DNA of 64,000 nucleotides from Macrostomum lignano (taxonomy: Eukaryota): the NCBI GenBank assembly GCA_002269645.1, contig NIVC01002657.1, positions 1 through 64,000 on the forward strand. The letters run 5' to 3'. Shown piece after piece: positions 46,601 to 58,129 of the stretch (position 1 is its first letter; every line of letters begins with the position of its first letter). Both the position numbers and the translations under genes were made by a program. The notes beneath the pieces were generated by a model. The model was not told the origin of the DNA and searched no databases. It saw only the letters and a list, made by a program, of their open reading frames with translations.

Positions 46601-49600
46601 CTCTACAATAAGGCACTATCTTCCGCATTCAAGCCTCATCATGAGCGATTCGGACATGCCTCTTGAGCAGCAGCTGTCGCTGTCTGCCTCGGACGAGTCA
46701 TTTGACCCGAAGGACGTGTCGTCACCGCGCCCCGATGCGGGACGTGTAACGACGAAACCAGCGCCAGTGCCATCGAGCCCACAGGTCGTGGCTCCCGTCG
46801 GGATAGTGAGAAGGGCGCTGCTTCAGGTCGACACGAACATACAGGCCGCAGCCGGACCTCAGACAGAGCCGGCGCAGCGAAGGACGGCCTTGCTGGACCG
46901 TCCCCCGTCTAGAGGACGAGGCCGGACGATCTCGGGCACCTCAAGGAGCCGCTCGGGGCAGCGCGCAGCCAATTGGCGGTCCACAGAGCATCTTTCAGTT
47001 CAGGATCGGCTGGGAAAGCGCAGCGGCTCCCCCCCGCGGGAGGCAGTGCCGACTCACGGCGTAACAGCCTGCCAGGCGCAGACAAACAAGCCACTAGAGA
47101 ACATGCTTGTCTCCGTGTTGCTGAAGGCCGCCTACACCGGGGACATAACAGCTTGGCCCACGCCCCAGGTAGTAGCCTTAAAGGCCAAGACGGAGACCGA
47201 ACGTCAGGCATTGATCAATGAAGCCTTCTGCCGGACTCGTACTCTTCTGTTGCCGTACCGGCACCACGCGGTTGCCCTAGAAGCTGCGGTACGTCGGGCT
47301 GCCCAAGACCTCGGCCGCATGGCGGTTCTCTCACCTGAGGCCTTGGCGCTGCTGAACACGGCGAAACCGGCTCACTATAACATGATAAATTTATCACTTT
47401 TGTACATGTTGTATACTAACTACCCAGTCTATAAAAAAATACATTCAAGATTTAGCTGAATGCTTTGTAACGCATGTGCAGTAAATTTTTGGATTACGAT
47501 TGCTTCGTCCAAACTTTCACTTAATGTTACATATGGCTAGGCAGTAGGCTCTTCTTGGACCATTTAGTGGTTACTGAATGTTCTCTTTTTAAAGCTCCAT
47601 TGGTAATTTTAAAAAGTACCAATTTGTGTAATTTGTGTAGGACATCATCTTTTGCGTCACATTTAGTTAATAAATTTTTGCTATAAAAAAGAGCTAGCTT
47701 ATTTTATGTCGCAACAGAGGGAGGGACCCGCTTGTCAAAGAGGCCTACAATGCTATAGCTATCGAGCCAAATAAGCCCACTAGTATTAGCGTATATATTA
47801 ATGGAAACTTTTACAACCCAGAGAAACAATTTTTCTACATCGGGTAATCATGTTTGTAAACTTACAACTGGCGATTTTTGCTCTATTCTTGAATTTTGAC
47901 CCTCAAAACATGCTCGTGTGCGCATCTTGCATCCAATTGGTTCACTCTTAGATCAATTTAATGTGTACTACTGATTGAAATGATGAAGCATATTTATCTG
48001 AATGGCGTTCTACACTGCATTCAAAGTTTAATAAAGTTATCATATATTAAGGTTGATGTGAATGCCAACAGTTATGAAATGTAATTTTTCTAAGCGAAAT
48101 TTTGCGTCCCTGAATAGCTGTGCCAATCAAGCTGATTGATTCAAGTACATTTGTCTAATTCCCTTATGCAGCGAGTTTGAGCGCGACTGAATTTAATAAT
48201 TGCACCGATTTTCTGCTATGTTTTGTTCTTTTGCTTGCCAGGAAAACAGTTTAGCAGCTGTTATGCCATTTCAGGGCATTTTGAAAAACTTTTTCATCGT
48301 ATTTGCTATTTCAAGTGGTATTTGACATTCCCTTACAATTTTACCGACGTAAGTAAACAACATGTATTCTCGATAAAATATACTAATCTCTATGCATCTG
48401 GACATTAGGAATTAAAAAATTCAGAACCTGTCCCACGTCCTAATCAAGCATGGCATTGAGTCTTGGACTTGGACCCCAAGTTTTTTTGGACTTAACTAAA
48501 GTATATTTAAAAGAAATAATCGATCGATGATATAGCAACAGAGAGTTGCTAAAATGATTTTGTGTTGCAGTCATTAAGTGTACAATACAGTGCACATTTT
48601 ACGAGTACTTAATTAATTCTTACTGAATTGCTGCCGTTAGGCCTAATGTTAAACGTTTTACATTATTGTTTATTTGTGTTTTAGTGCCATTACGTTTGCA
48701 TTGCAGTACACATTATTAATTTTATTTTATTTATTACTAAATTGTGGCCTAAAGGCTTAATGGTAAACGTCTTCAATATAGCGTTTCTATGGTTTATTTG
48801 TGTTTTAGTGCCAATATGTTTGTTTTGAAAGTATGATCATTGCTTAGAAATAAAAATAAGATAAACAAAGCTCGGCCTTTTTATATCACAAGGCCTAGTA
48901 TATATTGGTTGACGGTGATTTCGTCTGGTAATTTTCATATAAAGTCATTTCGTCTACCAATTTGGTCACTTCGTCTACCATGAAAATTTTCACATCTAAA
49001 ATTCATGCTGATACATGAGTTGTGGCACTCAACTTATTGTGAGAAATTTTAATCCAATACAGTATTAATTTGTTATAAATATAATTCACAATAAATTTGA
49101 ATACAAAATTAAACGCGGCATTCAGTGCACTTTTCGGTACACATTAAGTATTTATTTAATTTATTACTGATTGCTGCCATGATATTGAGTAAAAAGCAAA
49201 ATTCTATTTTGCCTAATCAATCATACTATCTTTACAGAGCCTAATAAATTCCATGAGGATTTATGCAAAGCATTGGTTCTAATACACCATTGAAAAAGTT
49301 TAAAAACACTTCTGGAGCCCAATTGAGCTTAAGCATATATACAGTGGTCATTGTAAGACTTTTGCGCATACTCACGTGCCTATATAGTAAAAGAGCATTA
49401 TTATAGTACTATCAATCTAATAATTCTGGAACAGAAGCTGCAACGTATAGCGCCTTCCGTGAAAGCACGAAAATAACGACCGAGGACGCAGTCTTAGATC
49501 ATTTAAGGCACACACGCACTCGAGTCAGAAAGCAGAACGAAAAGTTGCTGTCTGGAAACGAGACTGGTGCCGCAGCTCCTGAGTCTTTGGCAAGTTTGAG

Positions 49601-51484
49601 TGGTTCTGGAGACGGTGATGCGGACACGGAGGAGGATGCGGATCTTCTATGTAAAATGGCTAGGTCACTTGAAAAACACAAAATCACAAAGTTGGCCATC
49701 AGCGTCTAAAAATCTTAAACAACGTTATTTTAACATCCAATAGCAACATTTTTCCAACCATTTAAAAGTCATTTTAATGTTGATGGCAGCCCGAAAAATA
49801 GCTTGTATTTTCTGATCGCGCTGTGAATCAGACAATGGACAGAGTGGAATTATGAGGTTAATGCAAGTACGTTTGCAACAGGTGCACAGTTTAGTACGAA
49901 TCAAGGCTGTGAACGAATCAAACCCCCAGTTTTCTGAAAAAAAAAACTAAAAAAACAGGTGCAACAGCGCACCGTCATTGCCTTGTAGCAAAATTCATTA
50001 TCAATGAGCTTTGGAATTGGCAAGAAGTGTGCGGCGCATGTCTTCAGAGGAAGCATTGTACCTTAATTTGTTTGCGCGGATTGTTGCAAGCACCATTTAG
50101 GGGAAAGGTCTGGCGAATCTTTATAAAATTCTTCATCTTCTGTTCAATCGCGCTGCAAAGAAGGCCATGCTACCAGTCGAGGCACTGATGATGGAGGCTT
50201 CCGATATTGGTGATAACGAGCCCATGCAAGGCGACGAAATGAACGCTCTGGAAGATATTGAGTCGGATAAAGATTCGCTTATCCTCCCGCTTTTACAGTG
50301 ATGCGCAGCAGATCTTCGAGCGAGGCAATGCAGCTTGCTACCGATCGTGAAGCTCAATGCGCATCTTAATGAAAATCGGCTAAAAGGTCGTGAATTTTTA
50401 CGCATTGTTTCTGTTCTGCCGTGGCCTCATGACTGACTAACAGCGATTCTTTAGTGGACAAAGCATAGTAAAAGACTGGCAACAGCAAAAGATCTGTCGA
50501 AGTGTATCACATAACTGTGAAAAGAGATGTGATGTATGTCCGATCGCAACCGCATATTACTTTTAGAAGAGGAATTCAGAGGTCGCATGCAGCATCAGGT
50601 GACTGGTTCTGCAAAAATTTACAGCTCCTAAATGACAAGCAAAAAGACTTGGATTCGGAAGTCGAAAATTCCGAGGAAGACTCCTTTCCATTGCAAAGCG
50701 GCAAGAAGCAAGCAACGTACAATCGAGTCGCCTATGCTAGAAGCAGCAGAAGGTACAGAGTAGTTGTCGCTGCTCTGTTGCGCATTGCCTTTCCAAATGG
50801 AATAGAGATCTGCCAAATTAATTTGGTCATCCAGCCACCGAATTACAAAGTAAGTTCGTGGTATACCAGGATTTCACTTCCAGTGTTTTATCGCTAGAAG
50901 CTGTTTCAAACTGTTGCCGACAAGATTGAAGCGTTGTCAACTCGTATTCGTGCTGCAGACATTTCAGCCGTGTCGCTCGACTACCTGCAGCATCTTTGAC
51001 TTGAAAGTGAAATCTCCCACAATTGTGCCGCAGGTCTGCATAGGCGCCATGCCGGAATTGGCTTCATTGTGGACACTGGTGCAATGTGACTACAATATGG
51101 ACTCAGATAGCCAAATACCCTTAGTACTGCTAGATAGTTGCAGAAGCAACTTCCTGAACCCTGACTGCGTCGCCAGGAAAAGGTGAGTCGGAGATTGTGC
51201 CGCATATATATATTTATAGCAAATTCATGCTCTTATCGTAATGCTACTGCGCCGGGCTGTAGCTTGATCTCACAACATTCTTTTATTCTGCAGGATCCAG
51301 TGATCCAGTGTCCACCGATCTTCTGTCTAAGCTCACCTCGAACGAAAACAAGATTGGTTTGATCTTCGGCCCCTCTGGTTCAGGCAAATAAACTTTCTCC
51401 CCATGCAAATCCTGTGCATGCGAACTATGTGTAGCACTTTGCTGCACCTTCGAGGTTGGGTTCGAGAATAATTAAATCCGAACT

Positions 51485-51558
51485 AGCGGTAGCGATAGCG
51501 ATAGCGATAGCAGAAGCGATAGCGATAGCGGAAGTGATAGCGGGAGCAACAGCGGGAT
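51485..51558. repeat. (GCGATA)n hexamer microsatellite
   Basis: Directly visible, degenerating toward the 3' end. Confidence 0.85.
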
Positions 51559-52334
51559 CTAAACCTTAAATTTTAGTTTACGCTCTTTTTAAGCATTGTT
51601 GAATTGTTGCAAGCTGTCCAGGTGTTTTTCTGTTTTCAATTGGCCGGAGAGTGCTATTTTTCAATGTTTGCTTTTCTTACGTTTTTATACGCTCAGTGTT
51701 AACCTGTTGACTTGTGTTCCCGTTGTCAATTTCGCTGTTATCCTTATGCACTCGCTCACTATTTACCACTCTATCACTCTATTATTACACAATTTTGTCT
51801 TTTTTCTCTATTTTTATCTACCTGCGAAAAAAACTGCGCTTTGTCTGCTCTGTGCAATTAATTACAAATAAGGTGCGCGCAATATTTGTAATTCAATTAG
51901 TTTGGTATTTAATTTCATTACTATTTAGAGAGTAGAGGACAGAGGTAGAGTATAAGCTCCAATTTTGATCCTTTGATTGAGAAATGGGATTTAAATGGAA
52001 GAGGCGAGTAGAGTAGAGTGAGCGAGAGCGAGAGGGTAGAGTGAGAGGGGGAGGGTGCAACGCGCAACGTTTAACGCGCATGCAACGCGGCTGCAAATTT
52101 GAACAGTCTCTGTTCTCAATCCTTTATCTGCGCTTCATTGCGTACCGTGAAATGTTGAAAGAAGGCCCGTGGCGACTGCAACTATCGGTCCTGGATTTAG
52201 TGTCCATAGTAATGACTGTGGAATTCTCACCACGTTTGTCTGAATTCTATTTGGAGGAAACGCTGCCCAACGATTTTTATATCATCTCATTGAGTGACTA
52301 TCGGCAATCATTGGAATGTCTACTCAACTTCCAG

Positions 52335-52455
52335 TAGAGTGAGGGTAGAGTGAGGAGGAGGGCGTAAAGTGAGGAGGAGAGGGGTAGAGTGAGGAGGAGA
52401 AGGGTAGAGTTAGAAGGTGAGGGGTAGAGTGAGGAGAAGAGGGGTAGAGTGAGGA
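52335..52455. repeat. GA-rich repeat (GAGGGGTAGAGTGAGGAG)n; related block at 52005-52055
   Basis: Directly visible. Confidence 0.8.
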
Positions 52456-53019
52456 CGATGAATGTATACATATATACTTGGGCATGTATACTGGGAATTG
52501 GTAGAAACACTGTATATGGCTCTATAAAGGTCTATGGCTTTTAACTGCCGGTAGAGTTTTAGAGTAAAAATGAAAGCCTGTTGTTCTTAGCATTGTTTAT
52601 TTGTTTAGCATGTGGATGAACACATTAATTCCACTCTTCATTTTCGGCGACTCTTTGGCGGCGACTCCGCGGACTCGAGTCTGATGCAGCAGTGGAGCTA
52701 GAGGAGCTAGAGGAGTGCGGCAGCCACTATCTGGAAAAGTGCGTGCTCCTGGGGCAGTGCGGCAAAAGACACTAGATGGCCTCGGGAGAAAGTTCTGGCG
52801 ATTTAAAGAAATATGTAACCTTTGACTTTGACAAAGTCAAAGGCTTGGGATTGTTCTATAGATTGCGGTTGGGTCTCTTCAGAGGTGTATTGGTGAGCTG
52901 ACTTCACCTGACCAGGTGCAGTTATAGGATCAAAGTGAAGCCTGAGGTAGAAATTTTGAAAACTTAATTTTTTCACATGAAAAATAAATTTCGAAAATCA
53001 CATTGCCCCACTAGATTTT

Positions 53020-53345
53020 GACTCGCTGTCACGCCTGCAGACATAATAGTGTCAATTTTAGTGTCAGACGTGCTTGCAGACGTCATAGTGTCAATTGCAA
53101 TGTCAGACACGATTGCAGACGTTATTGTGTTTTAGCAGTGTCGGACACGCTTGCAGACGTAATAGTGTCTGTGGCAGATTCAGACAGGCCTGCAGACGTC
53201 ATAGTGCTTATTGCAGTGTCACACACGCTTGCAGACGTAAAGAGTGTTTTTAGCAGTGTCGGACACGCCTGCTGACGTCATTATGTCAATAGAATTGTGA
53301 CACCAATGCAGACTTTATAGTGTCAATATAGTGTCAATATAGTGT
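53020..53345. repeat. Degenerate ~40-nt minisatellite (GACACGCTTGCAGACGTCATAGTGTC core)
   Basis: About 8 diverged copies. Confidence 0.8.
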
Positions 53346-54333
53346 CAATTGATCTGATGATGATGGGGGTAAAGTGAAGGGGGAGAAGGGGATATAGGGG
53401 GCAAGCCAATAAAGGAAAAGACTCGAGACTTTTTTAATTGAGACTACACTTCTTATTTAGTATTTCTAAATAATAGGAGCAAATAATAAACAGCTGTTTG
53501 CCTTGGCTTTCAATCATTTTTTTCTTTAAAGATCACAAGTTCTGTTCATTTTCAGCACTGATGCAGCGCATCTTTAAGAAAAGTCGGCCGGTGCCAGCTG
53601 CAGCCTCGCCACCTGTTGCAGACCCGGCACCGGCTGCATCTTCTGCAGCTCCTGCTGCAGCCCGGCCACCTGCTGGAAGTCGGATGCTGACTACTAGCGT
53701 TCGTGCTTTTTTTCGTAAGTGCAGTACAGCCAGTGGTGGCAGAACCAGGCTATAGATTTCCAGCAGAGGCTGCAGGCAGAGAAGGCCGTGCGAGAGCACT
53801 GGGAGGCTAGAGCCCTCGCCGCAGAGAGTGCTCTCGCTGTTGCGACACCACTGCCAGCGCCTGCTGCACCGGTGGGTGCGCCAGCTGTGCCGCCGCGGCG
53901 CAAACCACCCGCAGTTGGTGTCTCTGAGCTGACGAGTCAGGGGCTGGTTTTCCGTGAAACTGACACTTATAGTGCCCTGATCTCACTGCTCTATGACTAA
54001 AATTAAAGTACCTTCTTCAAGGCGATATCTTTTAACTCCGTCGTTGCCGGTCCGAAGCCCGGATGCAAAAGGAGGGAAAGAAAATACATGCACTATGTCT
54101 TTTCAGACTGCGGCCAGCTTAAAATTATCGTGGCATGTTCCAGTTAAAATGTTCGATTATGACTTTCTGTCTGTCTTTCTTGTTTTTCTTTTTTAAATTT
54201 TACTATCATAGTAGAAGCCAGTACAGGCACTGTGCACACGCAGGTTCGAAAGCCTAGTTAAAGGAACAAATCGCAGATTTACACGATATACAGTATTATT
54301 GAATATATTTATACAGTCTTATTTATTAGCAAT

Positions 54334-54426
54334 AGAGCGTTTAGCGATTAGAGCGTTTAGCGATTAGAGCGTTTAGCGATAAAGCGTTTAGCGATAAAGC
54401 GTTTAGCGATAAAGCGTTTAGCGATA
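54334..54426. repeat. 15-16-nt tandem repeat (AGCGTTTAGCGAT[T]A)n
   Basis: 6 copies. Confidence 0.92.
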
Positions 54427-55467
54427 GAAGTAGTAGTATGATATAAGGGGCTGCGCCACACTTATTTCTCGAGCGCATTGCGCGCCAGCTCGCTGGATGA
54501 CTCAGCCCCTTATATCATACTTGTGGCGGCCCAATCAGCATGCAGCCAGCGATTGCGAGTACATCTGCACTGAAACCCCCTGCCCGCCAGACAGACAGTC
54601 AGTATGCTAAGTCGGGGGGGGGGGGGGGGTTGGCCTTCAATCGTTCCACCTTTTTGGCGCACCTCCCCATGTGATCGCGTGCTTATTTATACTTACCGCG
54701 TAAAGCAAATAAACTTTCACTTTTCTCGCTTGCAACTTACTTCGTTTTCGCAAGCCGCTAAATACTACTACTACCAGGAGGTCAGTGTTGCAAGGTGTGT
54801 GTGATAAGTATATATATATTTCTTATATATATCTATATATATCTTGTGTGAGGGTGTTGAGGGTGAGGGCATGTGGGGGCATTGGCATGTGAAATATTTC
54901 ACAGAACACAGCTTTTTCAGACTCTTTTAAAAAAGGAGGGTGCCCTCGCCCTCATGCCCTCACTCATTTTGAAAATCACTCAAAATAAGTAAAAATGACT
55001 TAAAACAGGTGAAAATGGTCTGAAAACACCAATTTTTTGTGATTTTAAAAAATTTTGAATATGTGCAATTTTCGTGATTCCAGCTCTAAAACCATGAGAA
55101 AAGTTGGATTCACGGGTCAATTCAATACAATTTTACAATAGTAAATTATGTATATACAAAATGGCCTTCAAAAAACCATTATTTCTAGGAAATGCTTTAG
55201 ATATTCAGTCAGCTATAACAAAACTAGCACCCATCTGGAAAATACCCAGAACTTCATATACCCTCATAAAATTTCGCAGGTGAGCTCAGTAGGGAGGTAG
55301 CAAACAAACCAAACAATACAACACACAGTACCACTCTAAGCCCGCGCGCAGACTGCCACAATGAATCGAAATTTTAGACTGAGTGGAGTAGGTAGCACAA
55401 TGCCGTTACTACACCCACACAAACCCTTTTTCAAGCTCACAAGCTGCAGCACGAATCTAACAATTAA

Positions 55468-56385
55468 AAGCATTACTATATAACCAGACGCGAAGCTGTT
55501 TTACTCGTCTTATCATTTCGCAAGATTAGACTGACACACTATAATTTAGGATTATACTACAGAATTGATAACGCTATTGAAATTGCCAAATTATTTAGTG
55601 AAGTATCAAAACGAGACCAAAGATCTTTAACGATAGAACTTACTAAACTATCTGATGAGGAGCGCCGAGCTCTTTTGAAATCTTCTAAGAAACTGGATCG
55701 AGCCTTTAGTGAAAAGACGAAGAAAGCTAAGAAGAAAGAGAAAGAAATCGACAAAAATGAGGAAGTTCGCCGATTCCTTTAACGGCTACAAGCGAAAATA
55801 GAGGAGAATCTTCGCAATGATGTTGTTGTTAAAACACGATTCGATGGACTTGAGGATCTTCGGCCGATTGATGACAGCGAGGATTTGGAAGATTCCGAGA
55901 TTCAGACCCGGTTTAAGGATTTAGTTGAACTAGTTGAGGATTTAGATATCAACAAATGTCTAGCCAACTTTGCCCAAGGACGTCTGATCATCTATCTACA
56001 ACAAAAGAGAGGTCTTACTCTAGCCGCCATCGCTATCAAACTCAAGATAGCCATCAAGTACACCGAACGTCTAGCCAACTTTGCAAAGTTTGCATCGCGA
56101 TATCGTGGTCTACTCTGCTCATCATACTCCATGGATACCATCATGAAATTCAAGTCGGCTATTGAGCGCCGTTGTGATGAGAACGCCAACTTTGCAAGCC
56201 TGCTTGAAGAAGATCCACTTTCAACATTTAGTGGAGGCTCTGGTGTGCAAGATGACGCTTCAACTTCACCAAGACGATCACATGTTGCAAGTGCTTCAGG
56301 ACGATCTGACGTGACGGAAATGGAAGAGGATGATAATGAGCTTCTCAGCAATGACTTGCCGCTGTTTCGAAATCTTCGTTTTTGA
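55468..56385 (+). pseudogene. Unknown protein (Lys-rich N-half, helical C-half), one in-frame stop at ~55779
   Basis: The frame is open from 55468 to 56385 apart from a single TAA; the amino-acid composition looks coding. Confidence 0.55.
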
Positions 56386-56918
56386 ATAGTAGACTTTCCT
56401 GTATTGTCAGGAATTCCTGTAATGTCAGGAATTGTCAGGAATTCCTGTATTGTCCGGAATTAGCGCGAGCTTAAAAATATAAACCATCTCTTTGCGAATG
56501 TGCTCAAGCTGAGTCAGCCTTCCTTTGTGTCTGAGACTCTTTTGTTGTTCCAGTCTTACTCATTTTCTACCCCATAAAATAGAAGCTGAAAATGAATATA
56601 ACAAAAAATACAATGACAGACTTGGGTATAGATATGAAAATGAATCCGCACAAGGAGAAGGCTTTACATCTTTGCTAGGCTCAGTAGGCAATTTATTTTT
56701 TTCAGAAAGATTTAAATTTATCTTTTACTAAATTGCCTACTCTGCCAAAGAACCACTCTGAGTCCTAATATAAGCAAAGAGGTCATGCAAGTTTCAAATA
56801 ATTTAAAAAATAGTTTGTGAATTAAAAAATGAAAACTAGATGGCAAAAATTTTCCTAGAAAAATGAAAGCTAATAACCCAAATGTTCAAAATTAACTGCC
56901 ACAAAAATATTATGATTC

Positions 56919-57202
56919 TATTATAAATCTCTCTCAAATAAAAACACCCACTCGAAAGGCTCGACTAATTCAAGAAATTGATAAAGCTTACGATGAATAT
57001 AAAGCAGAAATATTAAAACACACCGATTGTAAATGCCCCCATATTTGTATTCATTTAGAGTATTATAAATCTCTCTCAAATAAAAACACCCACTCGAAAG
57101 GCTCGACTAATTCAAGAAATTGATAAAGCTTACGATGAATATAAAGCAGAAATATTAAAACACACCGATTGTAAATGCCCCCATATTTGTATTCATTTAG
57201 AG
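56919..57202. repeat. Exact tandem duplication of 142 bp
   Basis: 56919-57060 equals 57061-57202. Confidence 0.93.
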
Positions 57203-57310
57203 TATATCTTGCACATGTTGATAAATGGGCATTGATTTCGAGACAGCAAATAAGGAATGATGAATTTTTCGTCATGCTGAAATTGAACATTTTCAAACTC
57301 CCCATAACCC

Positions 57311-58021
57311 TTGAGAAGTACATTGAAACCGATAAATTACACTATTAAATTAATTCGTAATAAAATAGAAAGAAAAAATCAAAACGATTCAAGTGTCTCT
57401 CCTGTGATCGTACAGGATCCGTTTCAAAACCATGATGCACCACTGCCAAGATTGACAAATTTAAAACAAACAAAATCGCACGATAAACTAATTAATCTCT
57501 ATGGAGAACGCAATTTTATATTCGGAAGTTGCAGTATAGCATGGAATAGTAGAACAAAGAAAAAATACCGTCAAGAATGCCAACCACAGAAGATTGGTTG
57601 AATTCCACAGAGGAATTCAACCAATCCACCACTTCGACCAGAGGTAGATAACATGATTTGGATAGATAAGAAAAACTCAAATATAACCGTAATCGATATT
57701 GATAATGCTGACCTATGCCCTGAGTTTAATGAACTGTGTATGACTCATTGTGATTGGATTGTTCAGACAAACAAGGGTCATCACTTTTACTTTAACAAGG
57801 TAGATAGATTAAAAGTAACGATTCAACAAAGTGTGGGTTTTGATATTCTGGCTTTAGTATTTGCTCCACCAGGTTTCTATTATGTCGATGGTGAAATTAA
57901 GGAATACAAACATTTAAAGTGCGATGCAATTATACACATACCAGATGTAATTCTTGAGGATATAAATAGATTAATTAAGCCACAGGATAAAAAAACCAAG
58001 AACCCGATAAACAGGCACTAA
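57311..58021 (+). pseudogene. Bifunctional primase-polymerase (Prim-Pol, AEP superfamily) N-terminal domain, one premature stop
   Basis: ORFs 57311-57601 and 57602-58021 are in the same frame, separated by one TGA (KIG*IPQ). Motifs NITVIDID (57689-57703), QTNKGHHFYF (57764-57793) and GFDI..LVFAPPG fit the Prim-Pol DxD, His and third motifs. Confidence 0.78.
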
Positions 58022-58129
58022 AAAGTACCGGTCCATCACCCACTTGTGAAGGAGTTTTAAAGTTGTTAAGTATAATACAACACAAAATTTAAGCGAACAC
58101 ACTAAAAAACAAAATTACGATCCGTATAT

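Noticed and set aside
47373-47379. TATAACA as the end of a 3' LTR matching 41101-41107
   Set aside because: The upstream sequences do not align and no PPT is present, so LTRs of this element cannot be defined in the window.
48915-48985. TTCGTCTAC repeats as a transposon end
   Set aside because: No inverted partner or associated transposase is found in the window.
49980-50830. hAT transposase remnant (KCAAHVF at ~50027, KWNR at ~50795)
   Set aside because: There are only two short, weak motif matches in different frames, with no TIR or TSD.
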